Source: a virus
Lineage: Duplodnaviria > Caudoviricetes
IMG/VR virus record: IMGVR_UViG_3300009499_000010
Span: 1-62,355 of that record
Strand: one strand, 5' to 3'
DNA: 62,355 nt
Shown: positions 8,803 to 19,100 of the stretch, piece by piece
Layout: the number at the start of each line of letters is the position of its first letter
How positions within the stretch are numbered: position 1 is the first letter of the stretch
Position numbers and translations under genes: made by a program
The notes under the pieces: generated by a model
What the model was told of the DNA's origin: nothing
The model's database searches: none
What the model saw: the letters and a program-made list of their open reading frames with translations, nothing else

Positions 8803-9261
8803 AAAGGCAGGTAGGCAGACAGATAGACAGGCAGATAGTTGAGGAGGTAGATATGATTGCCAAGTTGCATGACGAGATTAGTAGGAGTTGGTTGTTGTTT
8901 GACAACGTTAAGAGCGTCAAGAGGTTTGTTGGCAGATACAAACTTGACATGGAGCAGCGTCACAGAAAGGAAGAAGGGGAAGCTGAGAATGCTCCTGGGC
9001 TGTTAGTCGAGGAACTGCCGTATCAGAATCCAAAGCCAAATGATTGGAACCCACACCACATCTATCTTGATAAATTGATTCTTGTCCTGATAGAAAAAAA
9101 AGATTGGGACAGGAGCTTCAAAGTTGTCAGTCTGCTCATTGACAACGCAGATGGCACAGAAACCTGCAAGGTGCTTGGGTTCTCAACAGGATACTTGCTC
9201 AATGGAGATGGGAAGACAATTGAAACTCTGTAGGAGTTGAGGCAGTTGCCTACCTGCCTTT
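8803..9261. repeat. Perfect 15-bp inverted repeat flanking one gene (8803-8817 / 9247-9261)
   Basis: AAAGGCAGGTAGGCA and its exact reverse complement TGCCTACCTGCCTTT. Confidence 0.9.
8853..9233 (+). CDS. Hypothetical protein ending in YLLNGDGKTIETL
   Basis: GAGGAGGT RBS before ATG 8853; this is the credible part of the 7920..9233 ORF. Confidence 0.75.
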   Translation: MIAKLHDEISRSWLLFDNVKSVKRFVGRYKLDMEQRHRKEEGEAENAPGLLVEELPYQNPKPNDWNPHHIYLDKLILVLIEKKDWDRSFKVVSLLIDNADGTETCKVLGFSTGYLLNGDGKTIETL

Positions 9262-9280
9262 CAACTTGGAGAGGTAAAAG

Positions 9281-9682
9281 ATGGACAACGCTTTGAGAAG
9301 AATGATAGTTGCCGACCAAGTAAGAGAGTCATTGGCAGCTTTGGAACACGAGCAATGGGCGCATTGGATGCGTTATATGCTCGCCAACTTGACTCCTGAG
9401 AACATAGAGAAATGGAAAGAGCAAGCAGAGATTCCATATAATGCTTTGTCCGAGAAAGAAAAAGACAGCGACAGGGAATGGGCAGACAGAGCACTTGCGA
9501 CTATGCATAAGCTGAGTGAAGGCAAACTCAACATAGTGATAGAGATAGAAGGCGAGAAAGCAACAATCAAGCCTATTAGCTTGAGAGACGCAATGGACAT
9601 CGAGAAGGCGCAAGTAATAGAATTGGAATTTGCGAAAGAGCTGACGCCAACTTTCAAGCGTCAGCCTGACATAATCAGATAG
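9281..9682 (+). CDS. RyR-domain-like phage protein
   Basis: LAALEHEQW...PYNALSEKEKDSDR matches the RyR repeat signature. Confidence 0.65.
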   Translation: MDNALRRMIVADQVRESLAALEHEQWAHWMRYMLANLTPENIEKWKEQAEIPYNALSEKEKDSDREWADRALATMHKLSEGKLNIVIEIEGEKATIKPISLRDAMDIEKAQVIELEFAKELTPTFKRQPDIIR

Positions 9683-9699
9683 GATAGAAAGGAGTTGAG

Positions 9700-10134
9700 A
9701 TGGGCAGATTTTTCTTAGCTGACACACCGGGCCTTCATAAGAAGGAGTTGAAGAGGTCAGAGAGCACTGGAGCTGGCTATGGGAATCTGACTGCGCCTTT
9801 GTTCAGGGCTGAGGATGACATGGTGATGGATGCAATCAGGCTCATCTCCAGCGTAACAACAGCTGGCCATGACACCAACAACTTCACAATCAAAATCATC
9901 AACAAGGGCAACGATGGTTCTGGAACTGATGTAGTTGCGCAAGCTATTACTGATGTTGCTTCTGGTGGACTGAAACAGTTCCAGCCTTTCTCGTTGACGG
10001 TTGACGCAGCCAAGGCTCAGTTGTTAGAGGGCGATGTGCTGGGAGTGGATGTCACAGAACTCAACGCAGGGATGGAGTTCCCAAGATTGGTTTATGAGTT
10101 TGACTTCAAGTATGAGAAGCCAGCGGCAAGTTAA
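9700..10134 (+). CDS. Orphan paralog of the putative capsid decoration protein at 24125
   Basis: Colinear similarity: PGLHKK, PLFxAxDD, AGxDxNNFTxK, GxGTxxVA, GDVL/GEVL, YxKPA. Confidence 0.8.
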   Translation: MGRFFLADTPGLHKKELKRSESTGAGYGNLTAPLFRAEDDMVMDAIRLISSVTTAGHDTNNFTIKIINKGNDGSGTDVVAQAITDVASGGLKQFQPFSLTVDAAKAQLLEGDVLGVDVTELNAGMEFPRLVYEFDFKYEKPAAS

Positions 10135-10404
10135 GAGGTTTGAATGGCCGCTTGGGGAATTGAGGAAGTTGGCAAGGACTGCTACAAGGTGATAAGATTT
10201 CCTTATAGGTGGCAGATGACCGAGTGGATTGCGAAGAAGCCAGGCAAGAGGAGACAGTCAGGAACTTCGGCACTTGACATTCATCTCAAGTGTAAGGCGA
10301 GGACAACGAGAGCGATAACTGTCAACGACACAAGAAGGATAAGAAGTTGAATGTCGGATAAGGGATTGACGATGCGCGTTGCTTCTTCTTGGTTGGTGGG
10401 TTTG

Positions 10405-10496
10405 TCGCTCACCTTCTGCCGGATTGGAGTCTGGGTGGGCGCTGAAGAAGGGCAGGACTGCTTTGGATTGACTGCCCAGCTCCAATCCTTGAGCGA
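10405..10496 (+). ncRNA. Long intergenic hairpin, candidate structured RNA
   Basis: TCGCTCA/TGAGCGA, GGATTGGAG/CTCCAATCC and CTGGGTGG/CTGCCCAG nested helices. Confidence 0.5.
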
Positions 10497-10502
10497 GTAA
10501 GA

Positions 10503-10778
10503 ATGGACAGGGCTCTGGCTATGGATAAGAGAGGTCGAATTCAAGAGAGCAAAGGGCAGAGGATTAAATGTCCTTACTGCGGAAGATGGCGCACCTATAA
10601 GGTCTATTGGACTGACGAGTATGGCAAGTTTGTCCACTGTCTTCACTGTACAGAGAAGATAAGAGAGGATTGGGAACTCAGCTTGTCTAACTCCGAGTTG
10701 AAGCGCGGAGAGTTCTGGTTGTACTTTGCACTTGCGATTATTCTTGCTGTCTTATTGTACTTGGTGCTTGGGCTATGA
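10503..10778 (+). CDS. Zinc-ribbon protein with C-terminal membrane anchor
   Basis: CPYC...CLHC plus hydrophobic tail; ATGA overlap with terminase. Confidence 0.65.
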   Translation: MDRALAMDKRGRIQESKGQRIKCPYCGRWRTYKVYWTDEYGKFVHCLHCTEKIREDWELSLSNSELKRGEFWLYFALAIILAVLLYLVLGL

Positions 10779-12571
10779 GCAAAGCAAAGACTCAATTTGA
10801 GAAACTTGCTGGAAGGGCAATGGAACTTCTGACTCCAGATGAGAAGGAAGAGTATGCCCGTATATTTGGCGAAGAGACTGTGACAACTCTTGTTGAGAAG
10901 ATGAGCTATACAGAGAGACGGCTGGACAGTTCTATTCGTGATAGATTGAGCAAGCCTATTAAGAATAGATTACAACTGCGTGACCTTCTTTGGGCCATGG
11001 CTGACTACACAGGATTGCCAAGAATCCCTACAGCGCCTGTTTGTGATAATCACTGTGCTCCTTTTGATTCGGTGAGCGCTGCCTTCTTCGGACACAGCCC
11101 CAACTACTTGAAGCATGCCAATCGCCACGGATATAAGACTATGGGCGATGCCTTCCTGATGTTTGTAGAATCTGTGATGTCAGGCGGTTGCAAGTCAAAG
11201 ATACTCGGAGGTTCTGGAACTCAGTCAAAGAATGTGTATGAATACATTCAGCTGCTTGATGATATTCCAGCTTGCCATGAATTGCTTCAGAACGTCTTTG
11301 TTCAGAAAGCACAATTCAGGAATCGCAGCGAAGTTTCAATGCTGACTCAATCAATGAAGTCTGTGCGTGGGCCACATCCACAGAAGTTAAGGCTTGACGA
11401 GATAGAGGAGTTTGACCCACAAGTATTCCGAGCAGCGCTGGCGACGACAAGGAGTTACGGCGGCGTGCCATCCTCCATAGGCATGGGAAGCACACACCAC
11501 AGGCGTTCAGGCATCATGGCTGAACTTCTGAAAGACCACACAAAGAGAGGCATTGCGCTGTTTCAGTGGTGTATCTTTGAAGTAATGGAACAGTGTAAGC
11601 AGAAGTCTTGTAAGATTTGCAAAGCAGTCAAGAAGAAGGATTATGAGGGCAATGAAGTTTCCTTCTATGACTTCTGTCAAGGGAAGGCCAAGAGGAGCAG
11701 AGGATATTATTCTTTGGCAGAGGTCTTGGAGAAATTCACGCTGCTCCCTCTTGAGGATTTCAAAGCAGAATGGCTTTGCCAGGCAGTGTCCCTGTCCGGC
11801 TATGTCTTCCCAAAGTTTGAAGCTGAAGAGGAAATGCTTCACGTATCCAGGCGAGCAGCATATGACCCAACCCTTCCAACAACAAGAACTTGGGACTTTG
11901 GCTGGAGTGGGGCAACTGTAATACTCTGGCTTCAAGTTGACGGGGATAGACAGAAGAGAGTAATTGACGAGCAATGGTTTGTCATGACACCTTTCCCAGA
12001 AATATGCAAGCAGATAAAAGCAAAGCTATATCAGTCAAGCACAGGAAGAGTTCTTGATTATGGCGACCCAGCAGTGAAGGGCGGCAAGGACAAAATTATT
12101 GGCATCGATGATTTAACATATCTGCGCTCGCAAGGATTTGATATCATCTCAAAGGCGTCAGGCATCCCGCAGGGCATCAGGCTTATCAATGAAGCACTTG
12201 AGCCAATTAACAACGCTTCGCAATTGATAGTCAATCCAATTTGCGAGCATTTGATTGAGTATCTGAAGGATGCGAAGTATCCAGTTGACGCACAAGGTCA
12301 GCCTGTTTCAGAGATTCCGATAAAAGACGGGAAGGAACACCCAGGTGATGCTTTACGCTATTGGTTTATTCACAATGAGGCACCTGTCGTTGCGCCAGCT
12401 TATGGTGGAAGGAATCCAGGTGACAAAATTGTTTTGAAGGAAGGTAAAAAGATTCTCGTACCAGCTGGAGGCGTAGCAAAGGAAGGGAAGCAACTTGTTG
12501 TTGCTGGCTCTGCTTCATTTGGATTCTTTCGCAACCAAATGCGCAGAAGATTTCTTGGATTGAGGGGTTAA
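10775..12571 (+). CDS. terL: Terminase large subunit
   Basis: Walker A-like ANRHGYKT, Walker B LRLDE, GST coupling motif, nuclease WDFG and HPGDALRY; upstream of portal. Confidence 0.9.
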   Translation: MSKAKTQFEKLAGRAMELLTPDEKEEYARIFGEETVTTLVEKMSYTERRLDSSIRDRLSKPIKNRLQLRDLLWAMADYTGLPRIPTAPVCDNHCAPFDSVSAAFFGHSPNYLKHANRHGYKTMGDAFLMFVESVMSGGCKSKILGGSGTQSKNVYEYIQLLDDIPACHELLQNVFVQKAQFRNRSEVSMLTQSMKSVRGPHPQKLRLDEIEEFDPQVFRAALATTRSYGGVPSSIGMGSTHHRRSGIMAELLKDHTKRGIALFQWCIFEVMEQCKQKSCKICKAVKKKDYEGNEVSFYDFCQGKAKRSRGYYSLAEVLEKFTLLPLEDFKAEWLCQAVSLSGYVFPKFEAEEEMLHVSRRAAYDPTLPTTRTWDFGWSGATVILWLQVDGDRQKRVIDEQWFVMTPFPEICKQIKAKLYQSSTGRVLDYGDPAVKGGKDKIIGIDDLTYLRSQGFDIISKASGIPQGIRLINEALEPINNASQLIVNPICEHLIEYLKDAKYPVDAQGQPVSEIPIKDGKEHPGDALRYWFIHNEAPVVAPAYGGRNPGDKIVLKEGKKILVPAGGVAKEGKQLVVAGSASFGFFRNQMRRRFLGLRG

Positions 12572-12572
12572 C

Positions 12573-14009
12573 ATGGGCAAGAAATTTGATTGGCTCTTGA
12601 GAAAGGCTGGGCTTCAGAGATTTCAAGAGCAAGTTCCAGCTCTGAGCTATGTTGACCCAGATGACTATTTGTATAGGCAATTGGGAGTGTCCAAGCAAGA
12701 CCTTACTCCATTTGTATGGGAGCGACACGAGAAGATAGCATATTACTTGTATCTCGTCAATCCTCTCTGCAATCGTATCATCGAGTTGACGAAAGACTAC
12801 ACAGTGAGCGCCGGAATTGAGTTCCAAGCCACGGATAGAAAAATCCAGAAATTGCTCCAGGATTTCTGGGATGACGAGATTAACAACATGGAGATGCGAC
12901 AGTTCCTAATGGCGCTGGAGATTGCATTGACAGGAGAGCAAGTCATCGTTCCAACTGTCAACAAATACAACGGCGCTGTAACCATCGAGATTCTTAACAA
13001 TCTTCAAGTAGCAAAGGTTTTGCAGAATCCAAAAAATCAGAACATTCCAGAGTATGTTGTCCTCAGACCTCTTCATGGCTTGACCATGGAAAATATGGAA
13101 GCGAAGAAACTCAAGATAGTTGGCAAAGACAGGAACCCAATGAATGACTCCTTTGGGCGTCTTGTTGGTGAGGTTTTCTTCTTTGCTGTCAACAAGGTCA
13201 CAAATGCAACTCGCGGCCACTCGGATGTTCTTTCTGTAATAGACTGGATAGAAGGTTACGATGAATTTCTCTACTCGGAAATGGAAAGAGCGCAAGCAAT
13301 GAAGGCGCATATCTGGGATGTGGAAATTGAAGGAGCAGACAAGCAAGCAATTGATGACTTCCTTCAGAAAGTTCCGCCACCAAGGCCAGGTTCAATTAGA
13401 GCGCACAACGAGAAGATAAAATGGGCTCCCCTAACACCAGACCTGAAAGCAGCTGACGCAACAGCGCAAGCAAGGCTTATTAGAACGCACATACTTGCTG
13501 GTGCCGGATTCCCTGAGACTTGGTTCTCGGAAGGCGGTAAGACAAACAGAGCGACAGCCGGAGAAATGGCATCGCCAACTCTCAGAAGTCTTGCGACAAG
13601 ACAAAAGTTTTTCAAGCATATGGTGAGGAGAATCTTCCAATTTGTAATTGACCAAGCGAAGATTCACAAAGCTATTCCAGAAGATGTAGATGAAACTTTC
13701 GTCATAGATATTCCTATGGTTGAGAGAGACACCAAAGATAAGGCTCAAGTGCTTGTAAGCATGACCAATGCTATGATGATTGCGCGAGAGAATGCTTGGA
13801 TTTCTGACGAAGAAGCAAAGGTGGTCTTCCAGCACTTCATGGGGCAGATGGGGATTGAGATTCAGAGATTGCGACAGCAATCAGGCAAGCCCAACGCTGA
13901 TGAAGTTCTTGACCCAGAGCGTATGAAGAAGCCAGATATGACAGAGGATTACATCTGGGCAATGGATAGATTCAAGGCGATGGTGAAAGCAGGGAAAGAG
14001 AGCGCATAG
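12573..14009 (+). CDS. Portal protein
   Basis: Size and position after terL; RGHSD, GFPETW..G..NRATA motifs typical of portals. Confidence 0.85.
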   Translation: MGKKFDWLLRKAGLQRFQEQVPALSYVDPDDYLYRQLGVSKQDLTPFVWERHEKIAYYLYLVNPLCNRIIELTKDYTVSAGIEFQATDRKIQKLLQDFWDDEINNMEMRQFLMALEIALTGEQVIVPTVNKYNGAVTIEILNNLQVAKVLQNPKNQNIPEYVVLRPLHGLTMENMEAKKLKIVGKDRNPMNDSFGRLVGEVFFFAVNKVTNATRGHSDVLSVIDWIEGYDEFLYSEMERAQAMKAHIWDVEIEGADKQAIDDFLQKVPPPRPGSIRAHNEKIKWAPLTPDLKAADATAQARLIRTHILAGAGFPETWFSEGGKTNRATAGEMASPTLRSLATRQKFFKHMVRRIFQFVIDQAKIHKAIPEDVDETFVIDIPMVERDTKDKAQVLVSMTNAMMIARENAWISDEEAKVVFQHFMGQMGIEIQRLRQQSGKPNADEVLDPERMKKPDMTEDYIWAMDRFKAMVKAGKESA

Positions 14010-15761
14010 TTGCCAGTAACACTCAAACAAAGGAAGGATTATCAAAAGAAGTTGGGCCAGCTTTACAAGGAAGTTGACACAACAACAGAAGGTGGCCTCA
14101 AGACGGCGCTCAACTTTCTCAAGCAGATGGGCAGGAAGGTCACAGCAGAAATGGCTGTTGCTAAGAATTACAGAGCTGAGCATTTGAAGGCGCTGCGAAA
14201 AGAATTGAAATCGCACGTGAGTGAGTTTGAAGAGAGACTTCTTGACGTGACTGGTAAGGCACAGAAGAAAACATATCGGCTCGGAGCGAAGTCAGCAACG
14301 ACGCTTCCGAAAGTCTTTGGGGTCAAGATAGACCTTCCAGGAGTTGATGAGACAGCGCTGCGAGTTGCGCAGTCATTCACAGCAGACTTAGTCACAGGCG
14401 TTACAGATAAGATGAGAAGCAGAATCAATAGAGAGGTTTCGCAAGTTGCCCTTGGAATAAAAAAGCCTGACGAGGCAATTGCAGATTTGGGCAAGATAAT
14501 AACTCCAGTAAGAACTCGTGTTGGTTTGGTTGGCTCAGCATACAGGGCAGAGATGGTAATGCGGACAGAGACCAACCGTGCTTTTTCAATCGGAGCAAAC
14601 GAAAGAGCGAAACAAGTTGAGACGAAATCTCCGGGGCTGAAGAAGTGGTGGTTGACTGCGGCAGACGAAAGAGTGCGACCAACACATGTGGATGCCGGAG
14701 TTAGGTATGACGAAACAAATGCCATTCCAATCAAGCAGAACTTCCATGTGGGTCGTGGAAGGTTGAAGATGCCCTCTGACCCAGCAGGGCCACCAGAGGA
14801 AGTTATCAACTGCCGCTGCCGCGCAATCTACACGCATCCAGATTGGGAGGAAGCGGCAGCCGCAAAAGTTGACAAGAAAGTCGAGAAGATGCCGCCATCT
14901 GTTGTTGCAAAACAGGCTCAAGCTATCGGGCAGGAGCTTGGCAGGCTCTCGCCAAGTGATTTGGCAACACTTTCTGTGCCGGAAGGTTTGGAAGTTCTCA
15001 AAAAACTTCGCAAAGAAGTCCCAAGCTTGAAGGTCAGCGAAGCAACAAGGAAGAGGGCACAAGAGCTTTTGCGGATTTGGACTGTTGGCGAAAGTCGTGA
15101 TGAAGTCAGCGAGCTAAAGAAACAGATGGTCAAGTCTGCCTTAGAAGGTGGCGGCAAAGACTTGGATGCGTTGGCTCTGATTTACGCGCAAACTCAAGCG
15201 GCACATCGGGGAAGGAAACAACCATTCAGATTGAGTCGTGGAGTGGCCTTAACTGATGAAGATTTTGGGAAACTGGAAGTTGGTTCAAAGATAGACACCA
15301 GAGAAGTGGGTTCTTGGACTCGCAGTACGCCAAAAGCTGAAGATTTTGCTGAAGTGAATGTGATTCTTGACGAGAAAAACAAAGTTGTGTTTCTTACTGA
15401 TGTCGATAAAGCAGATGTTTTTGCCGACCATTCGAGCAACAAAGCATTTGACGCGCACAAAGATGAACAAGAGTTTCTGGTCATTGGGCCAAAGAGGAGA
15501 GAAGTTGAAGCGATGGTTAAGGTAGGAGATGTAACTTTTGTGACCCTCAAAAAAGTTAAAACTTTGACAGAGGCAGCAGCAATATTGTTCTTAGACTTCT
15601 CCTCTCCACAAAGAATAATTCCAAAAGACTTAGAATCTGCTATAGCTCTTTGGAGCCTTTTGAAGAAGAGAGGCGAGCTTGCAACAAATAAGGGCTTGAG
15701 GCGCGTTTTGAAGCATCAGATTTCAATGCTTACAAAGAAGGAGTTTCAAGAGGAAGTTTGA
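14010..15761 (+). CDS. MuF (gpF/SPP1 gp7-like) minor head protein fused to an ADP-ribosyltransferase domain
   Basis: RAEMVMRTE, KKWW, DERVRPTH, INCRC MuF motifs; C-terminal RG...SWT...EQE (R-S-E) triad; TTG start. Confidence 0.85.
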   Translation: MPVTLKQRKDYQKKLGQLYKEVDTTTEGGLKTALNFLKQMGRKVTAEMAVAKNYRAEHLKALRKELKSHVSEFEERLLDVTGKAQKKTYRLGAKSATTLPKVFGVKIDLPGVDETALRVAQSFTADLVTGVTDKMRSRINREVSQVALGIKKPDEAIADLGKIITPVRTRVGLVGSAYRAEMVMRTETNRAFSIGANERAKQVETKSPGLKKWWLTAADERVRPTHVDAGVRYDETNAIPIKQNFHVGRGRLKMPSDPAGPPEEVINCRCRAIYTHPDWEEAAAAKVDKKVEKMPPSVVAKQAQAIGQELGRLSPSDLATLSVPEGLEVLKKLRKEVPSLKVSEATRKRAQELLRIWTVGESRDEVSELKKQMVKSALEGGGKDLDALALIYAQTQAAHRGRKQPFRLSRGVALTDEDFGKLEVGSKIDTREVGSWTRSTPKAEDFAEVNVILDEKNKVVFLTDVDKADVFADHSSNKAFDAHKDEQEFLVIGPKRREVEAMVKVGDVTFVTLKKVKTLTEAAAILFLDFSSPQRIIPKDLESAIALWSLLKKRGELATNKGLRRVLKHQISMLTKKEFQEEV

Positions 15762-15796
15762 ATCTTTTGTTGTTGCTTATTGAAAGGAGTTGGAGG

Positions 15797-16153
15797 ATGG
15801 CAAAGAAGAAGGAGAAGAAGGCAGCGGTAATGAAGAGAAAGCCGCACAAGAAGAAGAAAGTTGAAGAGGAAGAGGAAGAGGAGAAAGCGCCGGAAGAAGC
15901 GGTGCCGGAAGAGGAGCCAAAGGCAGAAGAGAAAGTTGAGAAAGCGCCTGCCCATTCTCCTACAGAACCAGAGAAGGAAGCAGCTGCCGCATCAAAGCCA
16001 GAGATAGTTCCGTGCGAGTCAATGGAAGAAGCACTGGAGCTTTTTGAAGGCCAAGACGTGAAGGCAACTGCGGAGCGTGAGGATGGCTTTGTTATAGTCT
16101 ATGGCTCATCGCTCAAGAAGGTCGTTGTGCCGAGAGTCAAAGAAGAAGGATAG
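15797..16153 (+). CDS. Small charged protein in head module
   Basis: GGAGG RBS before ATG 15797; basic N-terminus then Glu/Pro-rich linker. Confidence 0.7.
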   Translation: MAKKKEKKAAVMKRKPHKKKKVEEEEEEEKAPEEAVPEEEPKAEEKVEKAPAHSPTEPEKEAAAASKPEIVPCESMEEALELFEGQDVKATAEREDGFVIVYGSSLKKVVVPRVKEEG

Positions 16154-16172
16154 AAACTGAACTGAGGGTAGT

Positions 16173-19100
16173 ATGGAGCTTGCGAAAGTCAGCCCACAGT
16201 CTCTCCGAAAGGAGAGTAATTCAGCGCTGCTGAATATGCACTACCACACCCACATGCTCTATGAATGGTGGAAGAAGGGCAGAGACATTCCAATTGAGGA
16301 CGTGAAGAAAGCTCACGACCTTATAGTTGACGAGTTCGTCAAGAGAGAGATGGAGAAAGAAGGAGAACACAGGTCACCGATGGCGCTTCAAGAGCAAGAC
16401 TTGGCAAAAGTCTATCCTTCTGGCGAGAAGAAGGGCAAGAAGATTACACTCAAGAGCTTGCCGAAGTTTGGCGACTTCTATCTTGGGGACAGATTCATCT
16501 CGTTGGTTGGCTCATTGCCCAATAATGGAGAGACTGAGAATGACATTGACTTCTTGATAGCTTGGCCGGAAGATGCTCCAGACGAAATCACAAGACCTAT
16601 TAAGTTCAGACTTTGGCGGCAGTTTCAAGACCCAAAGCTGCAAGCACGATGCTCCTTCCATCTCGACAGCTTTCATGGCCCATTTACAAATTCAGTCCCG
16701 CTATATCGGCTCAAGTGTGAGAGGATAAACCATGACATGGATGTCATCCTTGCTGCTCTGAAACGAGAGCCAACAGCAATGGCCCAAGCAGGGCAATCGA
16801 AGAAGGCAGACAAGATTGAGCCAAGGCGGTTTTTCTATCCGCAAAAGGCAATCAAAGCGCTTGCCATACGCAAGAAGCTGAAAGGGCCATGGGACTATTC
16901 GGAAGCAGTCAAGGAAGCAGCTGCGATGCTTCCCGTTGTCGCAGAGAAGAAGTATGACGGGATGCGTATTATATTAAATAAGGATAACGGCTGGGTCAGG
17001 ATTATGACTGACGGTGGTACAGACGTCACGTCAAGGCTGCCTATGCTCGTTGCGCAGCTGAAGAAGATTCCGCATAAGTCATTTGTACTCGATGCAGAAC
17101 TGGAATGGTGGGAAGATGGAGTCCATCAACCAAGGGAAGAAGTTGCCGCAGCGCTGATGTCGAAAGAGGAGCTTGACGAGAGTTGGCTCATTGCTAATGT
17201 CTTTGAGCTTCTGTATCTTGATGGAAAAGACTTGCACAACTTGCCGTGGGGGGAGCGCCACGAGCAGCTCAAGAAGTTCCCAATCAAGAGAGAGCAACTT
17301 GAGTTCAAGGCAGACGATGAAATGTTGAACAGAGTTCCTTCCCTTATTGCCGAGAAGGAAGCAGACTTGGCAAAGCATATCAAGACTGTCTCGGAGGCAA
17401 AGGCATCAGAGGGAGCGATAATCAAGAGCGCAACAGCGCCTTATCCTCTGACTGGCGCAACAAAGCATATGGTCAAGGCGAAGAAATATGCGACTGTCTT
17501 TGGGAAGGTTATCAAACGCAACCCAACAAAGGTCGCAACTGTCTTCAACTATGACTACGCAATCAGGATTCCAGAAGCAAAAGTTGACCCAGCATCAGTC
17601 ATTGAGATTGGCGGGAAGAAGTATTCACGAACTGGGACTTCATACTCAACGACAGAGAAACTCAACCCAGGCGATGTCTTTGCTCTTTCCTTCCATACAG
17701 TCAACAAGTATACAGACCCAGAGACAGGGAAGGTCAGTGTTCATTTCTATGAGCCTGTGTATGATGGGAAGGTAGCAAGAACAGAGCCAAATACGCTCGC
17801 AGAGGTCGAAACAATTGCAAAGGATGCTGGGCTCATCGGATATAAGGAAGGCAAGCAGACCTTCCGAGAGAATGCTGAGACAATCTTCCTCAAGTTTCTC
17901 GGCACAAAAGGCGAAATTGAAGAAGAGTCACCAGGACACAAGAGACACACAGCTGTTCAAGTTGTTCATCTCGACCATGGCGGGCTGATTGACTTTGGAG
18001 AGACTTGGAAAGGGAAGTTGGACACTGTTCGGACAGCTGCGGAAGGAAGCATCAGGTGGATAGCGCTAACTCATGCTCACCCTGACCATGTTGGCGGGCT
18101 TGAAGGCGAAGAGATTGACATCCCAGTCTACATGACCGCTGAGACAGACAAGCTCCTTCCCAAAGACAAATATCCTATGAAGAATAGGATAATTGTGAAG
18201 GAAGGCAAGAAGGTCGAAGTTGCGCCTGGTTGGGATTTGACAGCTATCTCAGTTGAGCATTCTTCCAAAGCGCCAACTGTTGGCTTCAAGCTCGCAATTC
18301 CAAACAAGGAAGATAAGAGCTATACAATTGGCTACTTCCCAGATGTGGCAGACCTTGACGAAAGAGACTTGAGGGGCATCGACCTTTACATTGGCGATGG
18401 GGCATCGCCCACAAGGCCAATCCTGCGTGGTCAATCGCCGGAAGGCGAAGATGTTGGACATGCTTCGATGAAGCAGCAACTCAAATGGTGCCAAGACATG
18501 GGTGTCCATTCGGCTGCTTTCATACATCAAGGGAAGCAATCAGTTGAGACGGATGACCAGAAGATAATTGATTTGCTCCAACAGGCCTTCCCAAACAAGG
18601 AGATTCTGCTGCCTGATGATGGTGAAGTTCTGGCACTTCCTGAGCACGCGGTGAAGGATGGAGTTTATCTTGTGCCGCCACATGGCGAGTTATTTTGGAA
18701 TGGCGAGAAGGATTTGCTCATCAAAGCAAAAGAGTTCCACATCCTGTCGCAGCATCCGCACTTTCTTGCGTCTGACTTAGTGTATGGAATCATCAAGTTC
18801 AAACCGCCAGAGAAGATTACACTTGCTGAGTTTGCCAAGCTCCGAAACAGGCACCAAATCTCTGAGGCAGAAAGAAAGAAGTGGTGGCCGGACAAAGATG
18901 AACTATATGCGTATGAGATTGAGTCTTTCTTCCCGTGGCACACTCCGAAAAAATACCAATACATCAAAGGGGCACAAACCATCATCAAGAATCTGCAATT
19001 GGTTGAGACGGCGAAGAGAAACATTATGTTTGCCTCAACTGAGGAGTTGAAAGAGGTTGCATACATCCACTCGCGCAAGAAGTTTGCCGGAAGCATTGTC

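Noticed and set aside
7920-8852. N-terminal 311 codons of the 437-aa ORF
   Set aside because: Runs through low-complexity DNA and the structured RNA; the strong RBS is at ATG 8853
10405-10496. SRP RNA or 6S RNA
   Set aside because: Lacks the SRP GNRA-capped domain IV motif and is too short, with no symmetric central bubble, for 6S
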